In this document: piece by piece, positions 17,804 to 27,236 of the stretch
Numbering within the stretch: the first letter of the stretch is position 1
Layout of the letters: every line of letters starts with the position of its first letter
NCBI GenBank assembly: GCA_002712885.1
Contig: PAUN01000021.1
Coordinates: 45,804-109,803 of the forward strand
Length of the DNA: 64,000 nt
From: Acidobacteriota bacterium
Lineage (GTDB): Bacteria; Acidobacteriota; Vicinamibacteria; Vicinamibacterales; UBA8438
Reading direction: 5' to 3'
Translations under genes and position numbers: made by a program
Notes under the pieces: model-generated
Seen by the model: the letters and a program-made list of their open reading frames with translations, nothing else
Told to the model about the DNA's origin: nothing
Database searches by the model: none

Positions 17804-20068
17804 GTGGTCCAGGTCTGCCCTCTTTCGGCGCGTGTGCCGGGGCGACTCCCCGCCCTTCTTGTCGCGTTATGCATGTCGTCCGGCCCGGCGCTGGTCCCAG
17901 CCGCCGAAGCGGGTCAGACGGTTCGAACCGGTAGCGCTGACGCCACCCTCAGACTCCCCGAACCCACGTACCCGAACGTGGTCTCTCTGTTCACCTCTGG
18001 CGACTACTCGGCCGCCCTTGCCGGCCTGGTCCGTGCCATCGGCGACACCACGCCTGAACCCCTGGACGCCCTGGTGCTGCGGGCGACAATTCTGAATTCA
18101 GCCAGGCAGTGGGCGGAGGCGGACGTTGCGTGGCGACAGGTCATCGACCGGGAGGTGTGGATGCGCACCTTCTCACGACGCGCGCTGGTCGCGAGCATGG
18201 CGGCTCGGGGCGAACCGACGCTGGCGACGCCGATCCTGTCAGAACTGCACGGCTCGGACCCAATACGTCATCTGGACCTCACGCTTGACGTCGCCGAGGC
18301 GCATCTCGCGCGAGACGAGTTCGACCGCGCGTCCGTCCTGTTTCGCCAGGCTCTCTCACAGCAGCGGCGCGGCGCGATGGCCGATCGAGCGCGGCTCGGG
18401 CTGGCCCGCGCCCAAGAGCGCGCCGGAGATCTGAGTGGCGCGATCGCCACGCTGCGCGAAACCCAGCTCGAACACCGGACGGGTGCCGGCTATGCCGAGG
18501 CTCGATCGGCCGAGCGCCGTCTGCGCGAGCGGGACGGCGCGCTACCCGCCCCGTTCACCGCCAGCCAGTACCGCACGTTGACGGGGCGCCTCCGCGGGTA
18601 TTCGCGCTACGCCGAAGCGGCCGAGATCATCGACGCCTGGCGGGCCGTGGCACCGGACGCCGAGGCCCGTCTCGACGTCGAGCTGATCGGTGTGCTCTAC
18701 GATAGCCGTGCGAACCACGAGGCGGTCGCACAGTGTGCCGCCTTCGCCTCGCGCCATTCGTCGAGTCCGCTCGTACCGGGCGTCAAGCTGACCGAGTTTC
18801 GGCTGGCAGTCCGGATGGGGAACACCGGCGCGGCCCGGCGCCTCGGGCTCCGCCTGTTCGACGGCGGCGTGCCTGGAGCCACGGCGGAGCAACAGTTCAG
18901 TGCCGGTGAACTGCTCGCGGCGTATCTGGTGGCCGTGGGCGACGTGAAGGACGGCCTCGATCTGTATCGTCAACTGTTTCGGCGGGCTCCGGACGCTGAC
19001 GGCCAGCGGATGATGCTGTGGAAGGCGGGGGTCGCCGCGTTGCGAGCCGGTGAGAACGACCGCGCCCTGGTCAACCTTCGCGCCCTGAACCGACGGGGAC
19101 CGACCGGCGACCTGCAGCCGGCCGGACAGTACTGGCAGTCGATCGCCGAAATGCGGACCGGACAGCCGGAAGCCGCGACCCGTGGCTTCCAGTCGCTGGT
19201 CCAGACCCAGCCGTACAACTATTACGGATTGCAGGCCCGCGCGCGGCTGGCGGCACTCGGCGGGGAAGCGGCGGTCCCGGCGCCACCGACCCGTCAGTTT
19301 CCTGTCCTCGCGGTCGAAGAATCCTCCCAGACCAGAGCCGAGTTCAAGGCCGCGATGATACTGGCGCGAGCGGGTCTGGCCGTGGATGCCGCCTGGTATC
19401 TGCGGCGACTGGTCGAACGGCGGCGCGGCGACCGCGGCCTGGCGCTGCTGGCGGCGCGCGCCTCGGCCGAGGCCGGTGACCACCGCGCCGTCGCGCGTCT
19501 CCTGGCGAACAATTTCGCCGACTTTCTGCAGCGCCCGGCCGACGCCCTGCCGGACGACTTCTATGCCCTGGTGTATCCACGCCCGTTCCTCGACGCCGTC
19601 GAACGAGCGGCCGGCGGGCGCGACCTCGACCCGGCGTTCATGTTCTCGTTGATGCGACAGGAGTCGCGGTTCGACCCCAACGCGCGATCGTTCGTCGGCG
19701 CCCTCGGGCTCTTTCAAATCATGCCGTACACAGCGACGGAACTCGGCCCGCGCGCCGGACTCGACGGGCTGGCAGCGGCCGACTTCGAGGATGAAACGGT
19801 GTTGCTCCAACCTCCGGTGAACGCGGCGATAGCGGCCACGCTGGCCGGTGACCTGTTCGCGATGTTTGGCGGCACCCTGGCACCGGTGATCGCCTCCTAC
19901 AATGCGGGCGAGGAGCGGGTGGCGATTTGGTGGGAATCGGCTCGGGACCTGCCCGAGGATCTCTTCGTCGACACCATCCCGTACAGCGAGACCCGTCGGT
20001 TCGTCCGCGAAGTGCTAGCCAACGTGGCCGGTTATCACCGAGTCTACGACGCGGATTCCGTTCCCTAG
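17804..20068 (+). CDS. slt: soluble lytic murein transglycosylase (Slt70-like: superhelical repeat domain + SLT domain)
   Basis: C-terminal SLMRQESRFDPNARSFVGALGLFQIMPYTA and ASYNAGEERV match the SLT catalytic Glu-Ser motif and AYNAG motif. A long alpha-helical, TPR-like N-terminal region precedes them. Confidence 0.8.
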   Translation: MVQVCPLSARVPGRLPALLVALCMSSGPALVPAAEAGQTVRTGSADATLRLPEPTYPNVVSLFTSGDYSAALAGLVRAIGDTTPEPLDALVLRATILNSARQWAEADVAWRQVIDREVWMRTFSRRALVASMAARGEPTLATPILSELHGSDPIRHLDLTLDVAEAHLARDEFDRASVLFRQALSQQRRGAMADRARLGLARAQERAGDLSGAIATLRETQLEHRTGAGYAEARSAERRLRERDGALPAPFTASQYRTLTGRLRGYSRYAEAAEIIDAWRAVAPDAEARLDVELIGVLYDSRANHEAVAQCAAFASRHSSSPLVPGVKLTEFRLAVRMGNTGAARRLGLRLFDGGVPGATAEQQFSAGELLAAYLVAVGDVKDGLDLYRQLFRRAPDADGQRMMLWKAGVAALRAGENDRALVNLRALNRRGPTGDLQPAGQYWQSIAEMRTGQPEAATRGFQSLVQTQPYNYYGLQARARLAALGGEAAVPAPPTRQFPVLAVEESSQTRAEFKAAMILARAGLAVDAAWYLRRLVERRRGDRGLALLAARASAEAGDHRAVARLLANNFADFLQRPADALPDDFYALVYPRPFLDAVERAAGGRDLDPAFMFSLMRQESRFDPNARSFVGALGLFQIMPYTATELGPRAGLDGLAAADFEDETVLLQPPVNAAIAATLAGDLFAMFGGTLAPVIASYNAGEERVAIWWESARDLPEDLFVDTIPYSETRRFVREVLANVAGYHRVYDADSVP

Positions 20069-20135
20069 GGCAGCCTCTGGTTCCGGCGGAACCCGACCGA
20101 GGAAGGTGCTGAAAACTAGTGGTCTGGTCCACCGT

Positions 20136-20400
20136 CTAAGCGAACGGATCCTCGTCGGCCGACGTCCCGTAAATAGAGGGGACCGGCGCGTCGTTCAAGT
20201 GGAGGTACACGCCAAGCTGGGCCCGGTGGTGGATCAGGTGATTCATCACGAAGCTGCGTATGATTGCGGTCCGCGGCATGCTGAACGTGGTGAGCCCCTT
20301 GTGGAGCAACGTCCATGGTTGCATCTCTCCAAGAAGCCGCCTCGCAGCGGCCACGACCAGTCGACTGAATCGGGAGTCCAGTGTATACAAACGGGAGCGG
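20136..20400 (-). pseudogene. DinB-family (DinB/YfiT-like four-helix bundle) C-terminal remnant
   Basis: Only the C-terminal ~85 aa look genuine (...SMPRTAIIRSFVMNHLIHHRAQLGVYLHLNDAPVPSIYG). The rest of the 180-aa track ORF is read through repeat B1 and the 3' end of ggt2, so roughly 70 N-terminal residues of a normal family member are missing. Confidence 0.5.
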
Positions 20401-20401
20401 A

Positions 20402-20460
20402 GCACTCGGGGTCCCCGCAGAGCGGTCGCGTGGGGTTCGGGGCGCAGCCCCGTCTCAGTG
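20402..20460 (-). repeat. B-type intergenic repeat module, copy B1
   Basis: GCACTCGGGGTCCCCGCAGAGCGGTCGCGTGGGGTTCGGGGCGCAGCCCCG is about 90 percent identical to 43926-43970. It ends at the base before the TGA stop of ggt2 (20461). Confidence 0.75.
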
Positions 20461-22173
20461 TCAGAACCCGATAGCCGAGCTTGTTCGCCGTCGATCTTCA
20501 GCCGCCTCCAGCATGTCGTCTTCCGCGTTGTAGAGGATGGCCGACACCGCACCCTGCACACCGATCTCGGCCATGCGGTGGCCGCGCCGTCCGAGCAGCG
20601 CCAGGGTATCCGGCGAGAGCCCCCACCGCTCATACCGTGTCTCGTCCGGCAGCCACTGGTGATGCAACCGGGGCGCATCCACCGCCTCTTGAATGTTCAT
20701 CCCAAAATCGACCACGTTCAGAATCGTCATCAGCACCGTGTTGATGATGGTCCGACCACCGGGGCTGCCGGTGACCATGACCAATTGACCCTCGCGCGCC
20801 ACGATGGTCGGGGTCATGCTGGATAGCATCCGCTTCCCAGGCTCAGCCAGGTTGGGGCCGGTGCCGATCAGCCCCGTCTGGGTCGTCAGCCCGGGGGCCG
20901 CATTGAAGTCGCCCATCTCATTGTTCAGCAGGAAGCCCGCGCCCGGCACGGTGATCTTCGACCCATACCCCTGCTCCAACGTGTAGGTGAGCGACACTGC
21001 GTTGCGCGCGCCATCGACCACCGACAGATGCGTCGTCTCCTCGCTCTCGACCGGCCAGGAGAAGCTGTCAGGTGACGACACCGAGGCCCGGTCGGAATCG
21101 ATGGTCAGCCGGAGCTCGGCGGCGTAGTCCTTCGATATCAATTGATCGATCGGCATGCTGGTGTTGAAGGCCGGGTCGCCCAGATTCTGAGCCCGGTCGG
21201 CGAAGGCCCGCCGCATCGCCTCGATGATGAGATGGATGGTCGCCGCCGACCCGCTGCCGGACGCAGCCAAGTCATAGCCTTCCAGCACATTGAGCATCTG
21301 GATGAGAGCCAGCCCGCCGGAGCTCACCGGCGGCATGGAGATGATGTCGTAACCGCGGTAGGTGCCTGTCATCGGCGCGCGACGCACCGCCCGGTACCCG
21401 GCCAAGTCGGCCTGGGTCATGATGCCGCCGTTGGCCGCCATCTCGGCGGCAAGGAGTTCGGCCGTCTCACCGGTGTAGACCCCGGCCGGTCCCTGAAGCG
21501 CGACCCGTGAGAGTGTCCGCGCCAGATCCGGCTGGCGAAGCGTCTCGCCGACCCGGTAGGGCTGACCCTGGTTCGAAAACTGCGCCACTGACGCGGGGTA
21601 GTCGACCATCCGCGGCAGGACGGCGGCCAATGAGCGAGCCAAAGAGTCCCTCACCACGAACCCTTCGCGCGCCAACGTCATCGCCGGCTCAACCAGACGC
21701 TCCCACGACAGCGACCCGTGTTCTGACCAGGCCTGATGCAATCCCGCCACGGTCCCCGGCACGCCGACGGCCAGATGGCTGTTGTGGTGCACGCGCCGGT
21801 CGTACTCGCCCCCACGCATGAACATCGTGGACGTAGCCGCGGCCGGTGCGGTTTCTCGAAAGTCATACGCCACCGCGTCGCCCACGGCCGGCCGGTAGAC
21901 CAGAAATCCGCCCCCGCCGATATTGCCGGCCGTGGGATAGGTGACCGCCAACGCAAACGCAGTCGCGACCGCCGCGTCCACGGCGTTGCCCCCGTCCCGC
22001 AACACCTGATCGCCGACGCGCGAGGCCAGTGGGTCCTGCGACACCACCATCGCCTGCCGAGCACGGATCGGGCGCGTGCTCCCCACCAGAGGCGTCGGCG
22101 CGAGCGCCACCCACGCGACCGCAGCGGCTCCGACGATGCCGCAGGTGAACGCTCGTTGCTTCCGGATAGTCAT
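20461..22173 (-). CDS. ggt: gamma-glutamyltransferase (paralogue 2, canonical GGT type, secreted)
   Basis: GDQVLRDGGNAVDAAVATAFALAVTYPTAGNIGGGGF, ETTHLSVVDGARNAVSLTYTLEQGYGS (autoprocessing Thr), LLNNEMGDF and GSPGGRTIINTV are present. Start moved to MTIRKQRAF (ATG 22173). Confidence 0.88.
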   Translation of the reverse strand: MTIRKQRAFTCGIVGAAAVAWVALAPTPLVGSTRPIRARQAMVVSQDPLASRVGDQVLRDGGNAVDAAVATAFALAVTYPTAGNIGGGGFLVYRPAVGDAVAYDFRETAPAAATSTMFMRGGEYDRRVHHNSHLAVGVPGTVAGLHQAWSEHGSLSWERLVEPAMTLAREGFVVRDSLARSLAAVLPRMVDYPASVAQFSNQGQPYRVGETLRQPDLARTLSRVALQGPAGVYTGETAELLAAEMAANGGIMTQADLAGYRAVRRAPMTGTYRGYDIISMPPVSSGGLALIQMLNVLEGYDLAASGSGSAATIHLIIEAMRRAFADRAQNLGDPAFNTSMPIDQLISKDYAAELRLTIDSDRASVSSPDSFSWPVESEETTHLSVVDGARNAVSLTYTLEQGYGSKITVPGAGFLLNNEMGDFNAAPGLTTQTGLIGTGPNLAEPGKRMLSSMTPTIVAREGQLVMVTGSPGGRTIINTVLMTILNVVDFGMNIQEAVDAPRLHHQWLPDETRYERWGLSPDTLALLGRRGHRMAEIGVQGAVSAILYNAEDDMLEAAEDRRRTSSAIGF

Positions 22174-22221
22174 GTCGTCATGATCGCATACACTTTTCCA
22201 ACGAATCGAGGAGTACTCTTC

Positions 22222-24351
22222 ATGCTGAACCGCCACACCTGTACCGCGGTCGCCGCACTGGCCGTCATCGCCGTCGCGCTGTCCCCGTTGTCCGCCGGTG
22301 CCCAGAATCGCGGACTGGTGCCGGACGACTTCTACCGCGAGATCGGTGTCGGCGAAGTGGCCATCTCGCCGGACGGCGCACTGGTCGCCTTCACCGTCAC
22401 CACCATCGATGAAGACGCCAATCGGCGGCACCGGGAGATCTGGATGCAGGAGCTCAGTGGCGGGCAACCGTCCGGTGACCCATTTCGGTTTACCGACCCG
22501 ACACGCGAGGCCAGCGCACCCGTCTGGTCACCCGATAGCCGCCTCCTGAGCTTCCAGTCACCGCGTGGCGAGACAGCCAGCGATGCAACTGCGGACAGCA
22601 ACCCCACCTGGTTCGCCCGCGTCACATTCCCGGGTGGCGAGGCTTTTCAGATAGAGGGCGTCGACCGCGCCCCGGTCTGGTCGCCGGACGACCAGTGGAT
22701 CGCCTTCCTCAAACGACCGCACGACGCCACCGATGGTGTGGCCACAGAACGACAGGGCTGGATCGCGCCGGATGCCATCACCAACACGCTGAGTGCCGAG
22801 CGTTTTGACGGGCGCGTCATCACCACCATGACCTACAAGCGCGACGGCACACTGACGCTGTTGCCGCATCCGTCGACGCCCGCCAAGCGGCAGCTCTTTA
22901 TCGTGCCGGCGGCAGGCGGACCGGCGGTCCAGCGCACAGACCTGGCGTTCGACGTCGGCGAGCTCGTCTGGTCGCCGGACGCCCAGCGACTGTATTTCAC
23001 TGGCGACGCGCTCGAGGATGACGAGTACAGCGACGAGCTCACCACCGACATCTACGTCATCGACCGCGAAACGGGCGACCCATACACTCTGACCTCGAAC
23101 CCAGGCGACGAGTTGTCGCCACACGTCTCCCCGGACGGCACCGCGCTCACGTTCCTGCACACGCGCGCTCGAGGCGAGGAGACCGACGTCCGGGTGGTCG
23201 ACCTGACCGCCGACGGCAGGGTGCGTGGGCTCCCGCGGACCCTGACGTCCGACTGGCCGTTCGTGCCCGGCGCGCCGACCTGGGCACCCACCGGCGATGC
23301 GGTCCGCTTTCTCGCGGGCGTCAGGGGGAACCGGCATCTGTACGAAGTGACCGCCACCGGTGATCTCATTCGCCAGGTCACGAGTGGAGACCGAGACGTG
23401 CAATCGCTCTCGGCCTCGAGCGACGGTCTGGTCATGGCCTACAGTGCGTCTGACGTCGTGACCCCGGCCGAAGTGTTCGTCAACCGACGCGACGGCAGCG
23501 GCCAACGCCCCGTCACCTCGTTCAACGAGGAGTGGCTCGCCGAGGTCAGCCTCCAACCGGCCGAAAAGCTCGCCTGGACGCTCACGGACGGCAGCCAGGT
23601 CGAAGGCTGGCTCATCAAACCTGTCGGGTACGAAGCGGGCCGGCAGTACCCCATGATTCTGAAGATCCACGGCGGCCCGTACGGTGCGTATCGCAACACG
23701 TTCTTCAGGACGTTCCACGTGCTGTCGAACGCCGGCTTCTTCGTGTTGTACACGAACCCGCGGGGGTCGACCGGGTACGGCCACGACTTCATGTACGCCA
23801 CGACGCCCGGCTGGGGTGAGATCGACGCGGAGGACTATCTGGCCGGTGTCGACATCGCACTCGAGGCGTATCCCGACATCGACCCGGATCGAATCGGCGT
23901 CTCGGGCGGCAGCTATGGTGGCTTCATGACCAACTGGCTCACCGCCACGACAAACCGATTCGCCGCCGCCGTCACCAGCCGTTCGATCGCCGACTGGACC
24001 AGCCTGTATGGCTCAACCGACGCCCAGTCGTTGTTGGACTTCGCGTTCGAGGGCCCGCCATGGGAGCAGCCAGAACGATACGACCGGCTGTCGCCGATCA
24101 CGTATGTCGAGAACGTCACCGCCCCGACGCTCGTTATCCACAGCGAGAACGACTACCGCACCCCCATCGGAGACGGCGAGAAGTGGTTCATGGCCCTGAA
24201 GAAGCGACAGATTCCGACCGAACTGGTACGGTATCCCCGGTCGAGTCATGGATTGTCGAGATCAGGTGAGCCCTGGCTATTGGTGGACCGATTGGAGCGG
24301 ATGCGGAGCTGGTTCACGCACTGGCTGATCGAGCCAGCCGAGCCACGGTGA
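22222..24351 (+). CDS. S9 family serine peptidase (prolyl oligopeptidase / acylaminoacyl-peptidase type) with N-terminal beta-propeller
   Basis: Repeated WSPD motifs (propeller), GVSGGSYGGFMTNW (GxSxGG nucleophile), and a C-terminal D...H region (ENDYRTP, SSHGL). Signal peptide follows ATG 22222. Confidence 0.85.
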   Translation: MLNRHTCTAVAALAVIAVALSPLSAGAQNRGLVPDDFYREIGVGEVAISPDGALVAFTVTTIDEDANRRHREIWMQELSGGQPSGDPFRFTDPTREASAPVWSPDSRLLSFQSPRGETASDATADSNPTWFARVTFPGGEAFQIEGVDRAPVWSPDDQWIAFLKRPHDATDGVATERQGWIAPDAITNTLSAERFDGRVITTMTYKRDGTLTLLPHPSTPAKRQLFIVPAAGGPAVQRTDLAFDVGELVWSPDAQRLYFTGDALEDDEYSDELTTDIYVIDRETGDPYTLTSNPGDELSPHVSPDGTALTFLHTRARGEETDVRVVDLTADGRVRGLPRTLTSDWPFVPGAPTWAPTGDAVRFLAGVRGNRHLYEVTATGDLIRQVTSGDRDVQSLSASSDGLVMAYSASDVVTPAEVFVNRRDGSGQRPVTSFNEEWLAEVSLQPAEKLAWTLTDGSQVEGWLIKPVGYEAGRQYPMILKIHGGPYGAYRNTFFRTFHVLSNAGFFVLYTNPRGSTGYGHDFMYATTPGWGEIDAEDYLAGVDIALEAYPDIDPDRIGVSGGSYGGFMTNWLTATTNRFAAAVTSRSIADWTSLYGSTDAQSLLDFAFEGPPWEQPERYDRLSPITYVENVTAPTLVIHSENDYRTPIGDGEKWFMALKKRQIPTELVRYPRSSHGLSRSGEPWLLVDRLERMRSWFTHWLIEPAEPR

Positions 24352-24379
24352 GGCGTGGGGGTTGCGACGGCAACGCGCC

Positions 24380-25939
24380 TCAGCGAGCCATGGCCCGCGC
24401 CATCTCTCGCATCATCTGCGCGGCGGAGATACCGGTCCAGCAGTGGCCCCGGTCCGGCCCATACGCGAACCGCGCGTCGAGTGGTGGCTTGGTCGCGAGA
24501 AACTGGTCGAAGAGATGGACGGCATCGTTGAGAAAGTAGTCGTCCATCTCTCCCACCCAGATGTTGAGTTTCCCGCGTAACTGGGGCGCCAACGCGTCCC
24601 AGTCGCGCTCGAGCCGTAAGCGAAGGTCGTAACGCTCCCAGTGGCGAGCCACGGCCCGGTTGATTCTTCCGGTCTGCGGATCCCAGAGCGGCACCGGCCG
24701 GCCGTCCGCGCCACGCGGTCCATAGGCGGCGTTCCAGGCGCCCCACTGTCGGCCAGAGGCCGTCCAGCTGTCGCCGACGCCGAGCACGTTTTCCATCCGC
24801 AGTTCGTGACGCATCGTGAAGCGGACGCTGCCGTCGAGGTTGCGTGCGCTCGGCAGGTCGACGCCCTGCTCGTCGACATACGCGCTGTCGCCGGCATAGA
24901 CGTCGACACGCTGGAAGGCACGAAAGTCGACGCTATCGGGGCAGGACGCCCAGGCACCGTTAAAAACGTCTGGATAGAACATCTGCAGCGCGAGTGCGAC
25001 CCAGCCGCCAGTCGAAGCCCCGTCGAGGACCCGCGCGTGGGGCGCACCAACCCCACGGAATTCGCGCTCAATGTGCGGGATCAGTTCCTGAGTCACGGCG
25101 TCGCCAAATGGACCATTGTTGGCGGAGTTGACCTGATACGGGTCGCCGAGTGGACCAGCGCCATCGAGATGCAGCAGCAACATGCGCGGAGCGTCGGACG
25201 CGGTCCACGCCGCTCTGAAGGACGACCCGGGCCGCATCATCGATTGGACCTCAGTGTAGCGCTCTCCGTAGCCTCCGATGCGCACGCGAAGCGGGTAGCG
25301 GAGGTCGATCTCCTGGTCGTACCCCTCGGGGAGGATGACGCCCGCGCGCAGATAGATGGGACGGCCGTGGAACGCGGACAGCAGTTCGGACCGGAACTTG
25401 ATGAACCGCAAGAACGGCGTGTCCGGCGGCAAAACCTCGTCGGGGACGCGCCGAGTCAGCGTCAGACGAACGGGAGTGGCACGCGGCGGGCCAAGGGTGA
25501 CACGCACGGAATCGCTGTAGAGGTTGCCGGGTGCATTTGGGGCCCGGAGATCGCGGTTGCTACTGAGAACCGCCTGCACCCGATAGTCGCCGGCTGGCAA
25601 GTCAGTGAAGCGTTCGAGGGGAAAGATCGCAGCGGCGTCCGCATCGACGATGATTAGGGCGCCGGGGCGGAGGGCGGGGGCGTCGGCGCCGAGGGTGGGT
25701 ACGGCGCCGCCGCCCGCGCGTCCGATGAAGCGTCGCGGCTCAACCCGGTCGCTGGAGCCGCCCCCGACACCGACGAGGACGACGAGCAGACGGGCGGCCG
25801 GCTGCGCTGGCAACGATGGATCGAGCGTGACTTCGAAGCGCAGACCGGATGACGGCTGGGCCGGCAGACTGACCGCGCCAAGAGTCGTGAGCGCCAGAGC
25901 CGAAATCGTGCGCCGGAGCATGGCTGTCAGCATCAGCAA
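24380..25939 (-). CDS. secreted esterase-like alpha/beta hydrolase (putative-esterase / enterochelin-esterase-like family) with N-terminal beta-sandwich region
   Basis: Signal peptide is present. LLLHLDGAG...VLDGASTGGWVALALQMFYPDVFNGAWASCPD resembles the PF00756-type esterase core (GxSxGG). Confidence 0.55.
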   Translation of the reverse strand: MLMLTAMLRRTISALALTTLGAVSLPAQPSSGLRFEVTLDPSLPAQPAARLLVVLVGVGGGSSDRVEPRRFIGRAGGGAVPTLGADAPALRPGALIIVDADAAAIFPLERFTDLPAGDYRVQAVLSSNRDLRAPNAPGNLYSDSVRVTLGPPRATPVRLTLTRRVPDEVLPPDTPFLRFIKFRSELLSAFHGRPIYLRAGVILPEGYDQEIDLRYPLRVRIGGYGERYTEVQSMMRPGSSFRAAWTASDAPRMLLLHLDGAGPLGDPYQVNSANNGPFGDAVTQELIPHIEREFRGVGAPHARVLDGASTGGWVALALQMFYPDVFNGAWASCPDSVDFRAFQRVDVYAGDSAYVDEQGVDLPSARNLDGSVRFTMRHELRMENVLGVGDSWTASGRQWGAWNAAYGPRGADGRPVPLWDPQTGRINRAVARHWERYDLRLRLERDWDALAPQLRGKLNIWVGEMDDYFLNDAVHLFDQFLATKPPLDARFAYGPDRGHCWTGISAAQMMREMARAMAR

Positions 25940-26127
25940 GTATCGACGGGCCTTGCGTCCGCGGGAGGCCGTCCGTCCCTCAACCGTGGAGAGGACATCG
26001 CCACATCTCCGACTATCATAGTGCGCGAACTCAGCGGCATGACCTCCACGGGCGGGACCCGCAACCGCGCGGGAGTAGAATAGGGACCCTCAGCACTTGG
26101 TCCGCATTGATCTGGAGCGGCGATTTG

Positions 26128-27114
26128 ATGATGAAGCGTGTTGGTCTTCCTGCGATCCTCACCGTGGCATTGTTCGGCGTGGTCGCGGCCTGCGCCCCGC
26201 CTAGTGGCCGTGGCTTGACCCAGCGCTTGTCTGTCGCCACCGGCGGCACGGGGGGCGTGTACTATCCCTACGGCGGCGGTGTCGCCCAGGTCATCAGCGA
26301 CCACATCGACGGGGTCGAGGCGACGGCAGAAGTGACGGCCGGCACGGTCGACAACCTGAAATTCATCGCCAATCAGGGCGCCGACCTGGCGTTCGCGCTG
26401 GCGGACTCGCTCGATGATGCTGCGGCCGGTCGTGGTGTCTTCGCCGACTTCGGCACGGTGCCCGCGCGAGCCATCGCCGTGCTCTACGACAACCTGAATC
26501 AACTGGTGACGCTGGAACGCAAGGGTATCGAGACCGTCGCCGATCTCCGCGATCGGGTTGTGTCGACGGGCGCCCCCGGCAGCGGCACCGAGATCACGGC
26601 CGTGCGCGTGCTCGAGGCCGCTGGGTTGAGCCCCGGCACCGACATTCGCCAACAGAGCCTCGGCGTCTCCGAGTCGGTCGACGCGCTCAAGGACGACAAG
26701 ATCGACGCGTTCTTCTGGAGCGGCGGCATCCCCACCGGCGCGGTGCTCGATCTGGCGTCGACCCCGGGACGTACGGTCAAGCTCGTGTCGAACGCCGACA
26801 CGCTGCCGTTCCTGCACGAGCACCACGGCGACTCGGTGTATCACGGCGTGACGATTCCGAGAATCACGTACCCTGGCATGGCGGATGACGCCGAGGTGGT
26901 CGGCGTCGCCAACGTGCTGGTGGCCCACGAAGCGATGTCCGAGGACTTGGCATACCGGATTACCCAGGCGCTCTTCGAGCATCACGATCAGCTCGCCGCG
27001 GTGCATGCGGAGGCGGCCAAGCTTTCTCTCGAGAGCGCCGTGCTGGGGTCCACGGTGCCGTTCCACGCAGGCGCCATCCGCTACTACCGCGAACAAAACG
27101 CCTGGCCGGAATAA
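26128..27114 (+). CDS. TAXI-family TRAP transporter solute-binding protein (lipoprotein)
   Basis: TGGTGGVYYPYGGGVAQVI and TAGTVDNLKFI are hallmark TAXI motifs. Lipobox VVAACA. Lies immediately upstream of the fused permease. Confidence 0.85.
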   Translation: MMKRVGLPAILTVALFGVVAACAPPSGRGLTQRLSVATGGTGGVYYPYGGGVAQVISDHIDGVEATAEVTAGTVDNLKFIANQGADLAFALADSLDDAAAGRGVFADFGTVPARAIAVLYDNLNQLVTLERKGIETVADLRDRVVSTGAPGSGTEITAVRVLEAAGLSPGTDIRQQSLGVSESVDALKDDKIDAFFWSGGIPTGAVLDLASTPGRTVKLVSNADTLPFLHEHHGDSVYHGVTIPRITYPGMADDAEVVGVANVLVAHEAMSEDLAYRITQALFEHHDQLAAVHAEAAKLSLESAVLGSTVPFHAGAIRYYREQNAWPE

Positions 27115-27236
27115 GCCGAGACCCCGGAGCCCCTTCCCTGGCGAATCCACCTGTCCCGCAGATCGACCCCCGCGACGATCCAGACGCCGAAGTCCAGACC
27201 AGACGTCTGACCGGTGTCGTCGAGCGGCTGGTCACC

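Noticed and set aside
18542-19810. 422-aa ORF on the minus strand
   Set aside because: It is antisense to the Slt-like transglycosylase and has Arg/Gly/Pro-rich composition.
22558-23784. 408-aa ORF on the minus strand
   Set aside because: It is antisense to the S9 peptidase, which has clear catalytic motifs. The composition is artefact-like.
25933-27150. 405-aa ORF on the minus strand
   Set aside because: It is antisense to the TAXI solute-binding protein gene and has no motifs.
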